Source: a virus
Length of the DNA: 64,000 nucleotides
Reading direction: 5' to 3' (one strand)
IMG/VR virus record: IMGVR_UViG_3300017917_003732
Span: 22,996 to 86,995 of that record
Shown: in pieces, positions 1 to 8,540 of the stretch
How positions within the stretch are numbered: position 1 is the first letter of the stretch
How the letters are laid out: each line of letters starts with the position of its first letter
Program-made: the position numbers and the translations under genes
The notes under the pieces: generated by a model
Databases searched by the model: none
What the model was told of the DNA's origin: nothing
The model's input: only the letters and a program-made list of their open reading frames with translations

Positions 1-316
1 CTGTGGACTTCGTAATCGGTGGGACTGAGCTAGGAGCAAGCATGGTTCTAGGTGTAAGGTCCTTGACTTTGACCCATTCTCCAGATTGTGTCAAAAGACG
101 ATGATCTTCAGTACACGTGAGAATTCCATCGGTAACGATGACATGACATAGGGTCTTGACGCCACCGTAATAAAGGTGAGTCGTCGGCTGCTCTGCCTCC
201 CCGTCATATAGCGTGCAAGCATGCTCAACGAAACCCTCCTCACTAGGGAAAGAGCCTAAGCTCTGTAGGGTTTTATACTGACCACCAGAAAATACGATTG
301 TATCCGGGTGAACGCA
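1..316 (-). mobile_element. Intein (N-terminal part) inserted in PolA motif B
   Basis: After RQMGK the frame reads CVHPDTIV (block A, N-terminal Cys) and later TCTEDHRLLTQSGEWVKVKDL (block B TxxH) instead of the expected xxNFG of motif B. Confidence 0.9.
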
Positions 317-2338
317 CTTTCCCATCTGTCTCTGTTGTTTGGTGATCTCAGGACCAAAAAATGCCTTCGCTGTAATCGTGTGCAAGTCACCAGTGCCTTC
401 GTTGAATTCCTTGATCCAGACGGGTTCCCGGGAAAGGTTGGTGACGATGCGGAGCTCCTCTCCCGCAAAGTCAATCTTCACCATTGTGTACCCCTCACGA
501 GCAACGAATGCCCTTCGAAGGGCCGTAGCTACCTTAGGCTTTTTTGCATCATACGTCGCCGGGATCCCATGAATTGGAATCCCCCCGTACCCATGCTTTG
601 GTTTTCCAGCAGGGGCCGTAAATCTGCCCGTTGGTGCCCCCGTTTGCTTGAACTGGTACCGGAGTTCGTGGTTATGATCGCAGTTGTTCAGCATCCCCTC
701 AAGATAAGTACCAATGACCTTTTCGACCTGACGATACTTGACGATTACCAAAAGAATTGGATTGATGTTGGGATGCTCTTCAACCAACTTCTCCAGTGTA
801 TCCGCGTCAGTCTTGTATTGATTACTCTTCTCGTTCTTCTCAGGCTTAGGTTCGATGTTTAGAAAAGCCGGATTCCCAAAGAGGAACTCCGAAAGCTGCT
901 GCGTCGAGTTCGGATCGAAATCAGGCCATCCTAAGCTAGCGGCGAGGGACACAATCTGGTTCCGATATTCAGTAGCTTCATTACGAGCTTCAGTGAACAG
1001 GGACCGCACATACTCCTGATCAATCTTAATTCGATTTCGTTCCATCCACCGAAGAACCTGTGCCACTTGCTTTTCCAAACGGTAGGTATTGGAATACTTC
1101 CTGTCCTGAGCAAGCGTCTTTAGTAAGGGACTTTCACAATGCAGGTAGGTACAAATGGCATCCGAGCAAGCATAACGTCTAGCTTCCTCAGGGTACAGAC
1201 TAGCAAAGTCAATTTCCCGTCCCTTAAGAAACAGATCTTCCAACTCAATCATCTTATAGGGGATAGGAGAACCCTTCGGGTCCTCCTTTACGATCTCATG
1301 TGAAGGATTACTTGGATCTTTGAGGATATATCCCAAAATCGGCTTACCCTCTTTATCTAGTACGACCAAGTTAGACTCACTTTTGGCCTTCAATCCAAGG
1401 TCCTTATCTCCAGTATAGTGACAGTAATACAAGAGCAAAGAATCCTCAAATGACTCCGGATGCCAGTAGTCTATGCCCGTAACTGGGTATAGGAATTCCT
1501 GATCGAACTTCGCGTGATGGAAGTAAATCTTTACTCGAGGTGGGGTAGCGAAACAAGGTCCCCCCAAGGGATCTACCTTGAATGATTCCGGGGTTAAAAC
1601 CGGCTGAGCAGCCAAACACAACCGCTTGATTGCCTTACCTGCCCCTACTACATCAACATTGTCCTTTGTTTCCTTGCGATGCCGAACCGGGACATAGTAA
1701 CCAGTATGGCCGTCATACGAGAGACAATAGCCAACAATCTTGTGTTTGGTTTGAGGGATCAAAGCCGGAGAAGGTCCTTCCCAATATACCTCAAAAGGGT
1801 AATCCAGCTCTTCTGGATTGCACATATAAATTCGGTTATCCAGCCCTTCGGTTTCCAAGTCCAAGGCACACCGGCCCGACAAGAGTGCCTTATCCACGAT
1901 ATCCTCTAGTTGCTCCACACTGGTAACAATCACAAATTCGTGGTAGTGCATCCACGCTCGAACAATATCGGCCGCATCGGCCTCTTGTCGAACGCCGCTT
2001 GCTGCCAGAATGCCCTCTGGGGTACCAGGTTGCTCTTCGTCCTCCTCGCTGACAGTACTTAGACTCGGAGGGGGTTCAGAAATAGGAGGGAGCGGAAGGT
2101 CCTCCGTCATGCCGTCCTCTAGTTCTAACTGACTAGAGTCCTCCGACGTGAAACTCCCCACTTGGTTCAAAAGTTCTGCCAACCCATCATCTTCTTCGAC
2201 TATAGGAGGAGGTACCTGTTCTGTGACGGAAACTTTCTCAAGCACAAGAGACAGGCCCAAAGGCACAATTTCGTTGCCACGAAGCCACTCGGAAATTCCA
2301 AGGACTTCACCAACCGAAAAAAATTTATTCATTGGCAT
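1..2338 (-). CDS. Family A DNA polymerase with 3'-5' exonuclease domain, intein-containing; runs off left edge of window
   Basis: Absent from the ORF track because there is no stop in the window. Manual translation from ATG 2338 is open to base 1: ExoI ALDLETEGL, ExoII AKFDQEFL, ExoIII YACSDA, TGRF (motif 2), motif A IDFAGEELR, GDLHT, motif B RQMGK followed by intein. Confidence 0.93.
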   Translation of the reverse strand, partial: MPMNKFFSVGEVLGISEWLRGNEIVPLGLSLVLEKVSVTEQVPPPIVEEDDGLAELLNQVGSFTSEDSSQLELEDGMTEDLPLPPISEPPPSLSTVSEEDEEQPGTPEGILAASGVRQEADAADIVRAWMHYHEFVIVTSVEQLEDIVDKALLSGRCALDLETEGLDNRIYMCNPEELDYPFEVYWEGPSPALIPQTKHKIVGYCLSYDGHTGYYVPVRHRKETKDNVDVVGAGKAIKRLCLAAQPVLTPESFKVDPLGGPCFATPPRVKIYFHHAKFDQEFLYPVTGIDYWHPESFEDSLLLYYCHYTGDKDLGLKAKSESNLVVLDKEGKPILGYILKDPSNPSHEIVKEDPKGSPIPYKMIELEDLFLKGREIDFASLYPEEARRYACSDAICTYLHCESPLLKTLAQDRKYSNTYRLEKQVAQVLRWMERNRIKIDQEYVRSLFTEARNEATEYRNQIVSLAASLGWPDFDPNSTQQLSEFLFGNPAFLNIEPKPEKNEKSNQYKTDADTLEKLVEEHPNINPILLVIVKYRQVEKVIGTYLEGMLNNCDHNHELRYQFKQTGAPTGRFTAPAGKPKHGYGGIPIHGIPATYDAKKPKVATALRRAFVAREGYTMVKIDFAGEELRIVTNLSREPVWIKEFNEGTGDLHTITAKAFFGPEITKQQRQMGKCVHPDTIVFSGGQYKTLQSLGSFPSEEGFVEHACTLYDGEAEQPTTHLYYGGVKTLCHVIVTDGILTCTEDHRLLTQSGEWVKVKDLTPRTMLAPSSVPPITKST

Positions 2339-2753
2339 GAGTCACCACTAAAACATACACCCCTTGTCTCCATAATCGGACGAGCTCAGCCGCAAGTTGT
2401 CGGGGCTCTGCCTCCTCAATGAATGCAGGCTCGAAGCACCAAGGCATCTTCGGGCTTGTTGGAGCACAAGACTTTTTATCGTAAAATGGGCACACCAGAA
2501 GACGATAACAAAGAGGGTTGGTTAGCTTGCGTATAGCGCCTTCTGGGGGTATCCCTAGTACCTTAACAAGTGGACTAGTCCAGCCTCGAAGAGCGTGATC
2601 CATCAAGTCCTGAGAAACTACCGTGAGTAAGGTAGTAATATGCTCTCGTTGCAGCGGTCTCCACTCTTCTTCCCAAACTTCCCCATACTGATAAATGAGG
2701 TACAGGTCTAAGTCTCCAAGTTCCATCGTTTTTAATGTCAGTCCCCTAGCCAC
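2325..2753 (-). CDS. Hypothetical protein, four Cys in C-terminal half (possible metal binding)
   Basis: 142-aa ORF overlapping both neighbours; CYRLLVCPFYDKKSC...WCFEP. Confidence 0.7.
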   Translation of the reverse strand: MARGLTLKTMELGDLDLYLIYQYGEVWEEEWRPLQREHITTLLTVVSQDLMDHALRGWTSPLVKVLGIPPEGAIRKLTNPLCYRLLVCPFYDKKSCAPTSPKMPWCFEPAFIEEAEPRQLAAELVRLWRQGVYVLVVTHANE

Positions 2754-3375
2754 CTCGAGCCTTCTCTCCGATCTTATCCAAGATCAATTGCGCATTCTTA
2801 GCAGCCAATTCAATATCAATAAGCTTGTTTTTTACTTGATAATGAAGGTTATCGAGAAGATGGCCCACGATCAAGAATCCCCTCAACTGAAAGTACGCCT
2901 TATTAGCCCTTAGTCTTTTCTCACAGACCTGCAACTTATCGAGGACCTCTTGTTCCTCCTCCGTAGGCCCCGTCTGGATAGTGCCCCGGGTCATATCGGG
3001 GGCTTCCGGAGTTGCGATATTGAAAGCTTTTTCTAGGCCAAAAAGAACAGCTGTGAACTTCAGATCTGGGTCCCCTTGGAACTCCTTCCAGAGTCCGAAG
3101 ATGTCCCACCGCTTGCGGCACACCCAGCAATAAACCCCCGAAGGACTATTTCCTATGGAAGGATAAATTCGTGCAGAAGGGGTCTTATCGCCATGAAAAG
3201 GACAGCAGATTTGCTCTTCATGATCCCCAGAGGACTTCAGGTCAGTTCCGAAGTAACGAAGAACGTCATGCGCTGAGATCTTAGACTTAAGCGTCTCTTT
3301 CCGTTGATTGAGCCACAAAAGAAAGGCAGAATTCTGCTGGCCTTCCTTCATAGCCGTACGAACGGACTCTCGCAT
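2746..3375 (-). CDS. Stand-alone CHC2 (DnaG-type primase) zinc-finger protein
   Basis: CCPFHGDKTPSARIY...YCWVC...DIFGL matches the DnaG zinc-binding domain. No TOPRIM domain follows; the C-terminus is helical. Confidence 0.85.
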   Translation of the reverse strand: MRESVRTAMKEGQQNSAFLLWLNQRKETLKSKISAHDVLRYFGTDLKSSGDHEEQICCPFHGDKTPSARIYPSIGNSPSGVYCWVCRKRWDIFGLWKEFQGDPDLKFTAVLFGLEKAFNIATPEAPDMTRGTIQTGPTEEEQEVLDKLQVCEKRLRANKAYFQLRGFLIVGHLLDNLHYQVKNKLIDIELAAKNAQLILDKIGEKARGG

Positions 3376-3377
3376 AG

Positions 3378-4853
3378 TTACACCTGGATTTGAAACATCA
3401 TGTTCTCGATTACTCGGCTATCGTCCATAGAAAGGCCTTTATCGTTAGCCCCATGGAACGTTTCATGATTCAGAATACGCTGGGTAGGCCAGTGCACTTG
3501 TGCCAAAAATGGAGGAAAATGAGGCCCATCACGACGCTTTAGGCAGTCGAACAAAGTCGTTCCCGCCTTTCGATGGTCATCGTTCAGGTAGCTAGTTGTA
3601 ACAACGTCGGCTGACCTCTCGCACTCATTTGAGTAAGAAAGAGCACGAAGTTTATACCTCCCTTCGTTCTTATCTGCATAGTCTTTTCCATCACGATTTA
3701 TCTGAAACAGGACCAAGACTGGAATCTTTTCCCCATGATTGAAGTGAAGAGCGAGCTTTTTTGCGTCTCTAAGAACTGAGTTTAGCTCAATGACGTAATC
3801 CTTACTCCTCTTACGACGCCTAGGTTCGACAAGGCCTCCGTGGTCAATAACCAAGAGGTGCACCTCCTCTTGCTGATGCCGAAGCTCTGCCTGCATCTTG
3901 ATGTCATCAGAGGTGATGTCTTCATCCGGACCCCATACCTCAAAAGACCCATAGTCTTCGTCAGTGCAAAAGTCCTTGATCACTACCTGATAAAATGCCT
4001 CTTCTTCAGGAGTCAGAGTGCCTGCACAAACTTTGTCGTAGTCAAGAGGCTTATAGCCCATAGCCATGAACTTCGGGTTCTCCGAATGCATGACATAGAT
4101 CTTTTTCCGCACTTGCTCGTAAGGCATCTCCAGAGTCACGTAGAAGACATTCGAGCGATACCTTGTGATTAGGTTATAGCTCCAGTTTAAGGCAAAGGTT
4201 GTTTTGAGCTCACCTACGAATGCTGCATGCACCCAGAGCTCACCCCTTTTTATGCCACGAACCACCTTATCTATGTTATTTAGCCCACAGAACTTGCCCC
4301 AGGCTAATGCCTTATTCGTCTTTGCCTCAACATACTCATCCCACACTTCTTGCCCATCTTCACGAATGTTCCCTTGAATTCGTGAGTTATGGTCTTGCAC
4401 AAGAAGGCTATGAGCTGATCGGTTGAAGTGAAGAATCCCATCGCGGAGACCTTGTTTCTTCTCCTCATCGATGACTAGGCCCTTAGTGATTATTTCCTGG
4501 GCCTCTTTCAGAAGGGCAATAGCCTTATAGCGATTCTGTTCTTCAACCGTGTTCGAGATCAGGTAAGCGTAGTTTGATCGAATGTACGCGGGAACCCCAT
4601 CGAAGTCTTTCAGCCTCTCAATTGCTTCGTAGTCCTTACGAGCCTCGAAGTAATCCATCACCGTCTGGCGAGAAGGAAGCTCAAGCCGTTGATGAAAGTA
4701 GGTTTTCGCAAAGGTAAAGATCCGATTATCCGCTGGCTGAGTCCATTCAATCTTCGATGCCAAAAGCTTCTGGAAGTTGAAGATCAGATTCTCTTGACTA
4801 ATCCCCCCATTGATGTCAATGACACTCCGAAGAAGACCCTTCATGTCACTCAC
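3378..4853 (-). CDS. dnaB: DnaB-like replicative helicase (SF4)
   Basis: NIDKVVRGIKRGELWVHAAFVGELKTT (variant Walker A), VTLEM, LVIDH (Walker B), QINR, ERSADVV, KRRDG. Confidence 0.88.
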   Translation of the reverse strand: MSDMKGLLRSVIDINGGISQENLIFNFQKLLASKIEWTQPADNRIFTFAKTYFHQRLELPSRQTVMDYFEARKDYEAIERLKDFDGVPAYIRSNYAYLISNTVEEQNRYKAIALLKEAQEIITKGLVIDEEKKQGLRDGILHFNRSAHSLLVQDHNSRIQGNIREDGQEVWDEYVEAKTNKALAWGKFCGLNNIDKVVRGIKRGELWVHAAFVGELKTTFALNWSYNLITRYRSNVFYVTLEMPYEQVRKKIYVMHSENPKFMAMGYKPLDYDKVCAGTLTPEEEAFYQVVIKDFCTDEDYGSFEVWGPDEDITSDDIKMQAELRHQQEEVHLLVIDHGGLVEPRRRKRSKDYVIELNSVLRDAKKLALHFNHGEKIPVLVLFQINRDGKDYADKNEGRYKLRALSYSNECERSADVVTTSYLNDDHRKAGTTLFDCLKRRDGPHFPPFLAQVHWPTQRILNHETFHGANDKGLSMDDSRVIENMMFQIQV

Positions 4854-5751
4854 TCCCCTTGAATCGACTCTTCTTGTACTTCTTAGTACCCTCTCTGCAT
4901 ATGACCGGGTCGTTCTCCATTGCGTAAGGCTGACTCAATTTAGCAGAAGGCCTTGGATTTGACTTCGGTTCGGGCTTTGATGCTGACTTATGATCATCAT
5001 CCAAAGCCAGACCATGGTCATCAGGCTGAAGATAAAGACTTGTCCCACCTGCACCTTGCCTCTTGGTATTACTCTCGCCCCTCGGCAAATCTACTTCGTC
5101 AAACCAGATCTTGATGTACTCCGCTAACTCAGCAGAGTATGCCTCATGCCCTATCTCAAATGGCTTCCCAGGGTCATCCAGAATCCAAGTTGGCTTATTC
5201 AATACTTCACGTATTCTCAAAGATTCCTTTAGCGCCCCGGGCATTGCCACGTTTTTATAGGAAATGATGCCCAACCTGATAATCACCAAGTCCCAAGATT
5301 CGCCAATGAGATCCCCGAGAGAGTTGAATGAGATAACTTCATCTCGTTTTTTCTTTGGCTTAGCCGCATACGCCTCCGAGCCGACAAAAACAGTCTTGAT
5401 TTGTTCGTCAGTAACAAACCGAAAGTGCCATTGAAAACTATGCCGCTCCAAAAGAAACTGAGCAATCAGTCTGAAATGAGGGCGAAAATCTTCCCAGCTG
5501 CACTTAATAAAGAGGTTATCCCCAGACCGATCCACTTCGGGTTCCTCACCCCCATGCTTCGGCGGCACGAATAACGGAGAGGAATGCAGGTATGGCCTGC
5601 ATAGGGCGATATCTTCCCCTAACCTCTTCCGCAAGGTCTTCACGAAAACACAAACGCATTGCTTCGTGTCGTCGTCCTTTCGGATAAAACCGATACCTTG
5701 ACAGTAGGGACAACTCGGATCCCCTATTGTTGTAACAGGCTCGTTCAGCAT
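4846..5751 (-). CDS. DnaC/IstB-like protein with N-terminal Zn site and degenerate AAA+ motifs
   Basis: CPYCQGIG..QCVC N-terminus; DLVIIRLG at the Walker B position; R..LNKPTW; directly upstream of and overlapping dnaB. Confidence 0.55.
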   Translation of the reverse strand: MLNEPVTTIGDPSCPYCQGIGFIRKDDDTKQCVCVFVKTLRKRLGEDIALCRPYLHSSPLFVPPKHGGEEPEVDRSGDNLFIKCSWEDFRPHFRLIAQFLLERHSFQWHFRFVTDEQIKTVFVGSEAYAAKPKKKRDEVISFNSLGDLIGESWDLVIIRLGIISYKNVAMPGALKESLRIREVLNKPTWILDDPGKPFEIGHEAYSAELAEYIKIWFDEVDLPRGESNTKRQGAGGTSLYLQPDDHGLALDDDHKSASKPEPKSNPRPSAKLSQPYAMENDPVICREGTKKYKKSRFKGSE

Positions 5752-5774
5752 GGGCTTAACCCGCTACACCGAAA

Positions 5775-7508
5775 TCAACCCTTCGCGTCTTCACGCAAAG
5801 AATGCAGCAAATCCTTGATGTCACTCTCGCCACGGTCAAATTTCAAGGCTCCAACCGCTGCCTCGCCGATGATCTGATCGATTAACCCCTTTTTCTTGCG
5901 AAGTTTCTGAATAACCTTGTGGTCGATAGTCTCACCCTTTTTGCCCTTCTCTCCGGGGCGCTTGGCAATTAAGTGAACAGCCAACACATTTTGATGTGGA
6001 CTACCGATACGGATCATTCTCCCCAAAAGTTGTATGTAATTTCCCCAGCTCCAAGGGGTATCAAAGAAAATCATGGCCGAGGCAGCCTGAAGATTGATTG
6101 CCTCGCTTCCCGCATCGGTGATAAAGATGACCGATACCTTCGAGCCGAGGTCCTGGAACTGATCCTGGGCTTTCTTTCGGTCGGCAGCCTTGTTGATCTT
6201 GCCAGTGATGGCAACACTCTTTATTCCCTCTTTTGCGAGGATTTTTTGCAAACGAACGACTAGCTTTTCGAACCGAGTGTAAACAATTACTTTCTCATCG
6301 TCGAACTCCTCTGTGAGGAGTTCAACCAAAGCCGACTCCTTCGAACTACGGCCCTCGAAGGCATGATCCCCGATTTCGTCACCTTCCTTGAACTTGAGAA
6401 GACCCATCGAATCACAGACTTCTTGCGCATAAATTAACCCAGTCATCTGCCGAGTCTCCTCATAATTTTTCAGCTCCCCGTCCCCCATTTCCAGGAGCCC
6501 CGCAAGAGCCTCAGCATACTTCCGATCCTCGGCTGGAGTAAGCTCACAGGTGACCTCTCTAGTAGTTAGAGCCGGAAGCTCTGTGGACACCAAGTGCTTG
6601 GGGCGCCCATAAAAAAATGGATCGATTGTCCTACGAAAATGATCAAGGTTACGGTACCCCACCACAATCGGGATTTTGCCGCCCCCTTTCACCCTCTGAA
6701 GCTCTGTGATACAGTAGGTGTCTAAGAAGGCAGTCTTGGTTGAGAAAGTCTCGGGTCGGATTACCTTGTAGATCCCAAAACCTTCCATGAGGTTGTTCTT
6801 CAGCAATGTAGCGGTAAGCCCCCAAACCCTCTTGGATCGTTGGGAGAGAAACTTACATGTTTGATGGGTCTTGGTACTCGGATTCTTGAAGGCACTGGCT
6901 TCGTCAAAAATCACAGCAAGACTAGCAAACTTCAACGTCAACCCGTCAAGAAATCCACGTCCCGTGACCGGCTGGGTACCAGGTTTAGCGCCAGGGGCAG
7001 GTGCCTCTTTTTTAATTCCATAATCCCAGTCTCGCACCATTCCATGGTAATTGACGATTAGAACACTTGGGCCCGTTTGCTTTTCCCATCGTGAGTACGC
7101 CGCCATTCTTTGCTGAGGAGACCCGGAGGCAATGAACCATTTGATCCCTATCGTGAATTTGTCGATTTCAGAAGCCCACTGACCCATCGCCGACTTCGGG
7201 CAAACCACCATCGCCTTGAGTTCCGAGTCTCTCTCCCAAAGGTAACAAAGTGCTCCAATGGATTGTATTGTCTTACCTAGTCCCGTCCCATCCCCAAGAA
7301 CCATACGATTCACTACCAGGAGATGGTAAATGCCCTGAGCTTGGTAGTACCGTAGCTTAAACGGTTGAAGGGTTCCGTCAAACCCTAGGATGTTATCTCG
7401 GAACATCTTAGTAGGGTTCAACGAAACCGTCTTACTCTCTCGTACTCTTTTAAGCTGTTCGTAGATTTGTTGAAATCGATCAGAAGTGGGATTTTTGGCC
7501 TCTGGCAT
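5775..7508 (-). CDS. SNF2-family (SF2) helicase/ATPase
   Basis: GDGTGLGKT, VVCPKS, FDEAS, LTATLLKNN, AGSEAINLQ, QLLGRMIRIG. ATG 7508 preferred over GTG 7523. Confidence 0.92.
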   Translation of the reverse strand: MPEAKNPTSDRFQQIYEQLKRVRESKTVSLNPTKMFRDNILGFDGTLQPFKLRYYQAQGIYHLLVVNRMVLGDGTGLGKTIQSIGALCYLWERDSELKAMVVCPKSAMGQWASEIDKFTIGIKWFIASGSPQQRMAAYSRWEKQTGPSVLIVNYHGMVRDWDYGIKKEAPAPGAKPGTQPVTGRGFLDGLTLKFASLAVIFDEASAFKNPSTKTHQTCKFLSQRSKRVWGLTATLLKNNLMEGFGIYKVIRPETFSTKTAFLDTYCITELQRVKGGGKIPIVVGYRNLDHFRRTIDPFFYGRPKHLVSTELPALTTREVTCELTPAEDRKYAEALAGLLEMGDGELKNYEETRQMTGLIYAQEVCDSMGLLKFKEGDEIGDHAFEGRSSKESALVELLTEEFDDEKVIVYTRFEKLVVRLQKILAKEGIKSVAITGKINKAADRKKAQDQFQDLGSKVSVIFITDAGSEAINLQAASAMIFFDTPWSWGNYIQLLGRMIRIGSPHQNVLAVHLIAKRPGEKGKKGETIDHKVIQKLRKKKGLIDQIIGEAAVGALKFDRGESDIKDLLHSLREDAKG

Positions 7509-7549
7509 GGTGACAGGATACACCAGTCATCTGGTATAGCCCGTCACCA
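7508..7549 (-). promoter_or_regulatory. 18-bp mRNA hairpin abutting the SNF2 start codon
   Basis: UGGUGACGGG-C-UAUACCAG-[AUGA]-CUGGUGUA-U-CCUGUCACCA; its two G-U pairs form only on the minus strand. Confidence 0.7.
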
Positions 7550-8146
7550 AAAAGCAAAGTAGAACCCTACTTGAGGATTATGGGCAAAAATCCACCATGA
7601 AAATCCATAACCACCATAGAATCCAAAATTGCGAGTCAGATCAAGGCCAACTCCAAACCCAATTGACCTAAACCCTGTGGCTAGGTTGAGATTTAGAGGC
7701 TTCCAGTAGATGAAGTCCCATAGGATACCAAACTCCAATCCTTCAGCCGCCACCGAACTCTCCAAGGCATCGACGAACAAGAAACTCCCAGCAAACTTGG
7801 GGCGAAATCGAAGACCCCAAACGGAAGGCTCCTTTTCCGCAACAACGAGAGATACCTTGCCTTCGGCGGTAACCTCATAATTGCACCACGACATCTTCAG
7901 CGCATAGGGGTGTGGATCCGCCCCGGAATAATAGACCCTCCCCTCTTGATCCACCACGATTGTCACTGGATCTAACTGAAACTTCGGCTTCGTACTCTGT
8001 TGACACTGCTTGTCTTGGAGTAGGCGTAGAAAGACCCTCATGTCTTCCGCAGGGACACAAGTTGACCCGGTCGTACAGGCTTCCTGAGCACTTACTGTTT
8101 TTGACAGAAAGAGCCCAAAGAAGACAAAAAGAAACCAGAATCGCAT
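7544..8146 (-). CDS. Secreted protein with amphipathic beta-strand C-terminus (possible outer-membrane protein)
   Basis: Signal peptide MRFWFLFVFFGLFLSKTVSA|Q; alternating Gly/aromatic strands; ends VGFYFAFW. Confidence 0.65.
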   Translation of the reverse strand: MRFWFLFVFFGLFLSKTVSAQEACTTGSTCVPAEDMRVFLRLLQDKQCQQSTKPKFQLDPVTIVVDQEGRVYYSGADPHPYALKMSWCNYEVTAEGKVSLVVAEKEPSVWGLRFRPKFAGSFLFVDALESSVAAEGLEFGILWDFIYWKPLNLNLATGFRSIGFGVGLDLTRNFGFYGGYGFSWWIFAHNPQVGFYFAFW

Positions 8147-8150
8147 TGAC

Positions 8151-8540
8151 TTAGACCAAAGAGGGTTTTTTCTTCTTTGTCAGCCACTTATCAATCTGAC
8201 CAAGAATGTTCTTCGCCGGTGGGAAGTTAGCCTCAAAGTTCTTGCCGATAGCCTTTTTCAAGGCATCCATAGCTTCTGGGCTATCATCTTTGAGGTGCGC
8301 AGCTACTTCGTGCTCGACTTTTTCCTTTGCCTCTAGAAGAAGACCAAGTCGGTAAATATTACCCCCTCCGCCCCGACGAGACTCCTTTTCATACTCTTTC
8401 CTATCGTACTGGGTGATTTTACTTGCCAGTGCCATGAGGAAGGATTCCACAGTTGCATTCGGAAGAGCCGCTGTGATTGTAGACGCATAGCGCTCTTTGA
8501 CTCGACACGCAATGAACTGATCTAAACGATTGAGTTTCAG
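8151..8540 (-). CDS. Hypothetical helical protein; start uncertain (CTG 8540 or GTG 8450)
   Basis: The 99-aa ORF frame stays open for 30 more codons to a CTG that overlaps the upstream TGA. Confidence 0.65.
   Translation of the reverse strand: MKLNRLDQFIACRVKERYASTITAALPNATVESFLMALASKITQYDRKEYEKESRRGGGGNIYRLGLLLEAKEKVEHEVAAHLKDDSPEAMDALKKAIGKNFEANFPPAKNILGQIDKWLTKKKKPSLV

Noticed and set aside
7508-7553. Rho-independent terminator reading of the hairpin
   Set aside because: The U-run is 5' of the stem on the coding strand and reads as an A-run on the other strand, so neither orientation fits.
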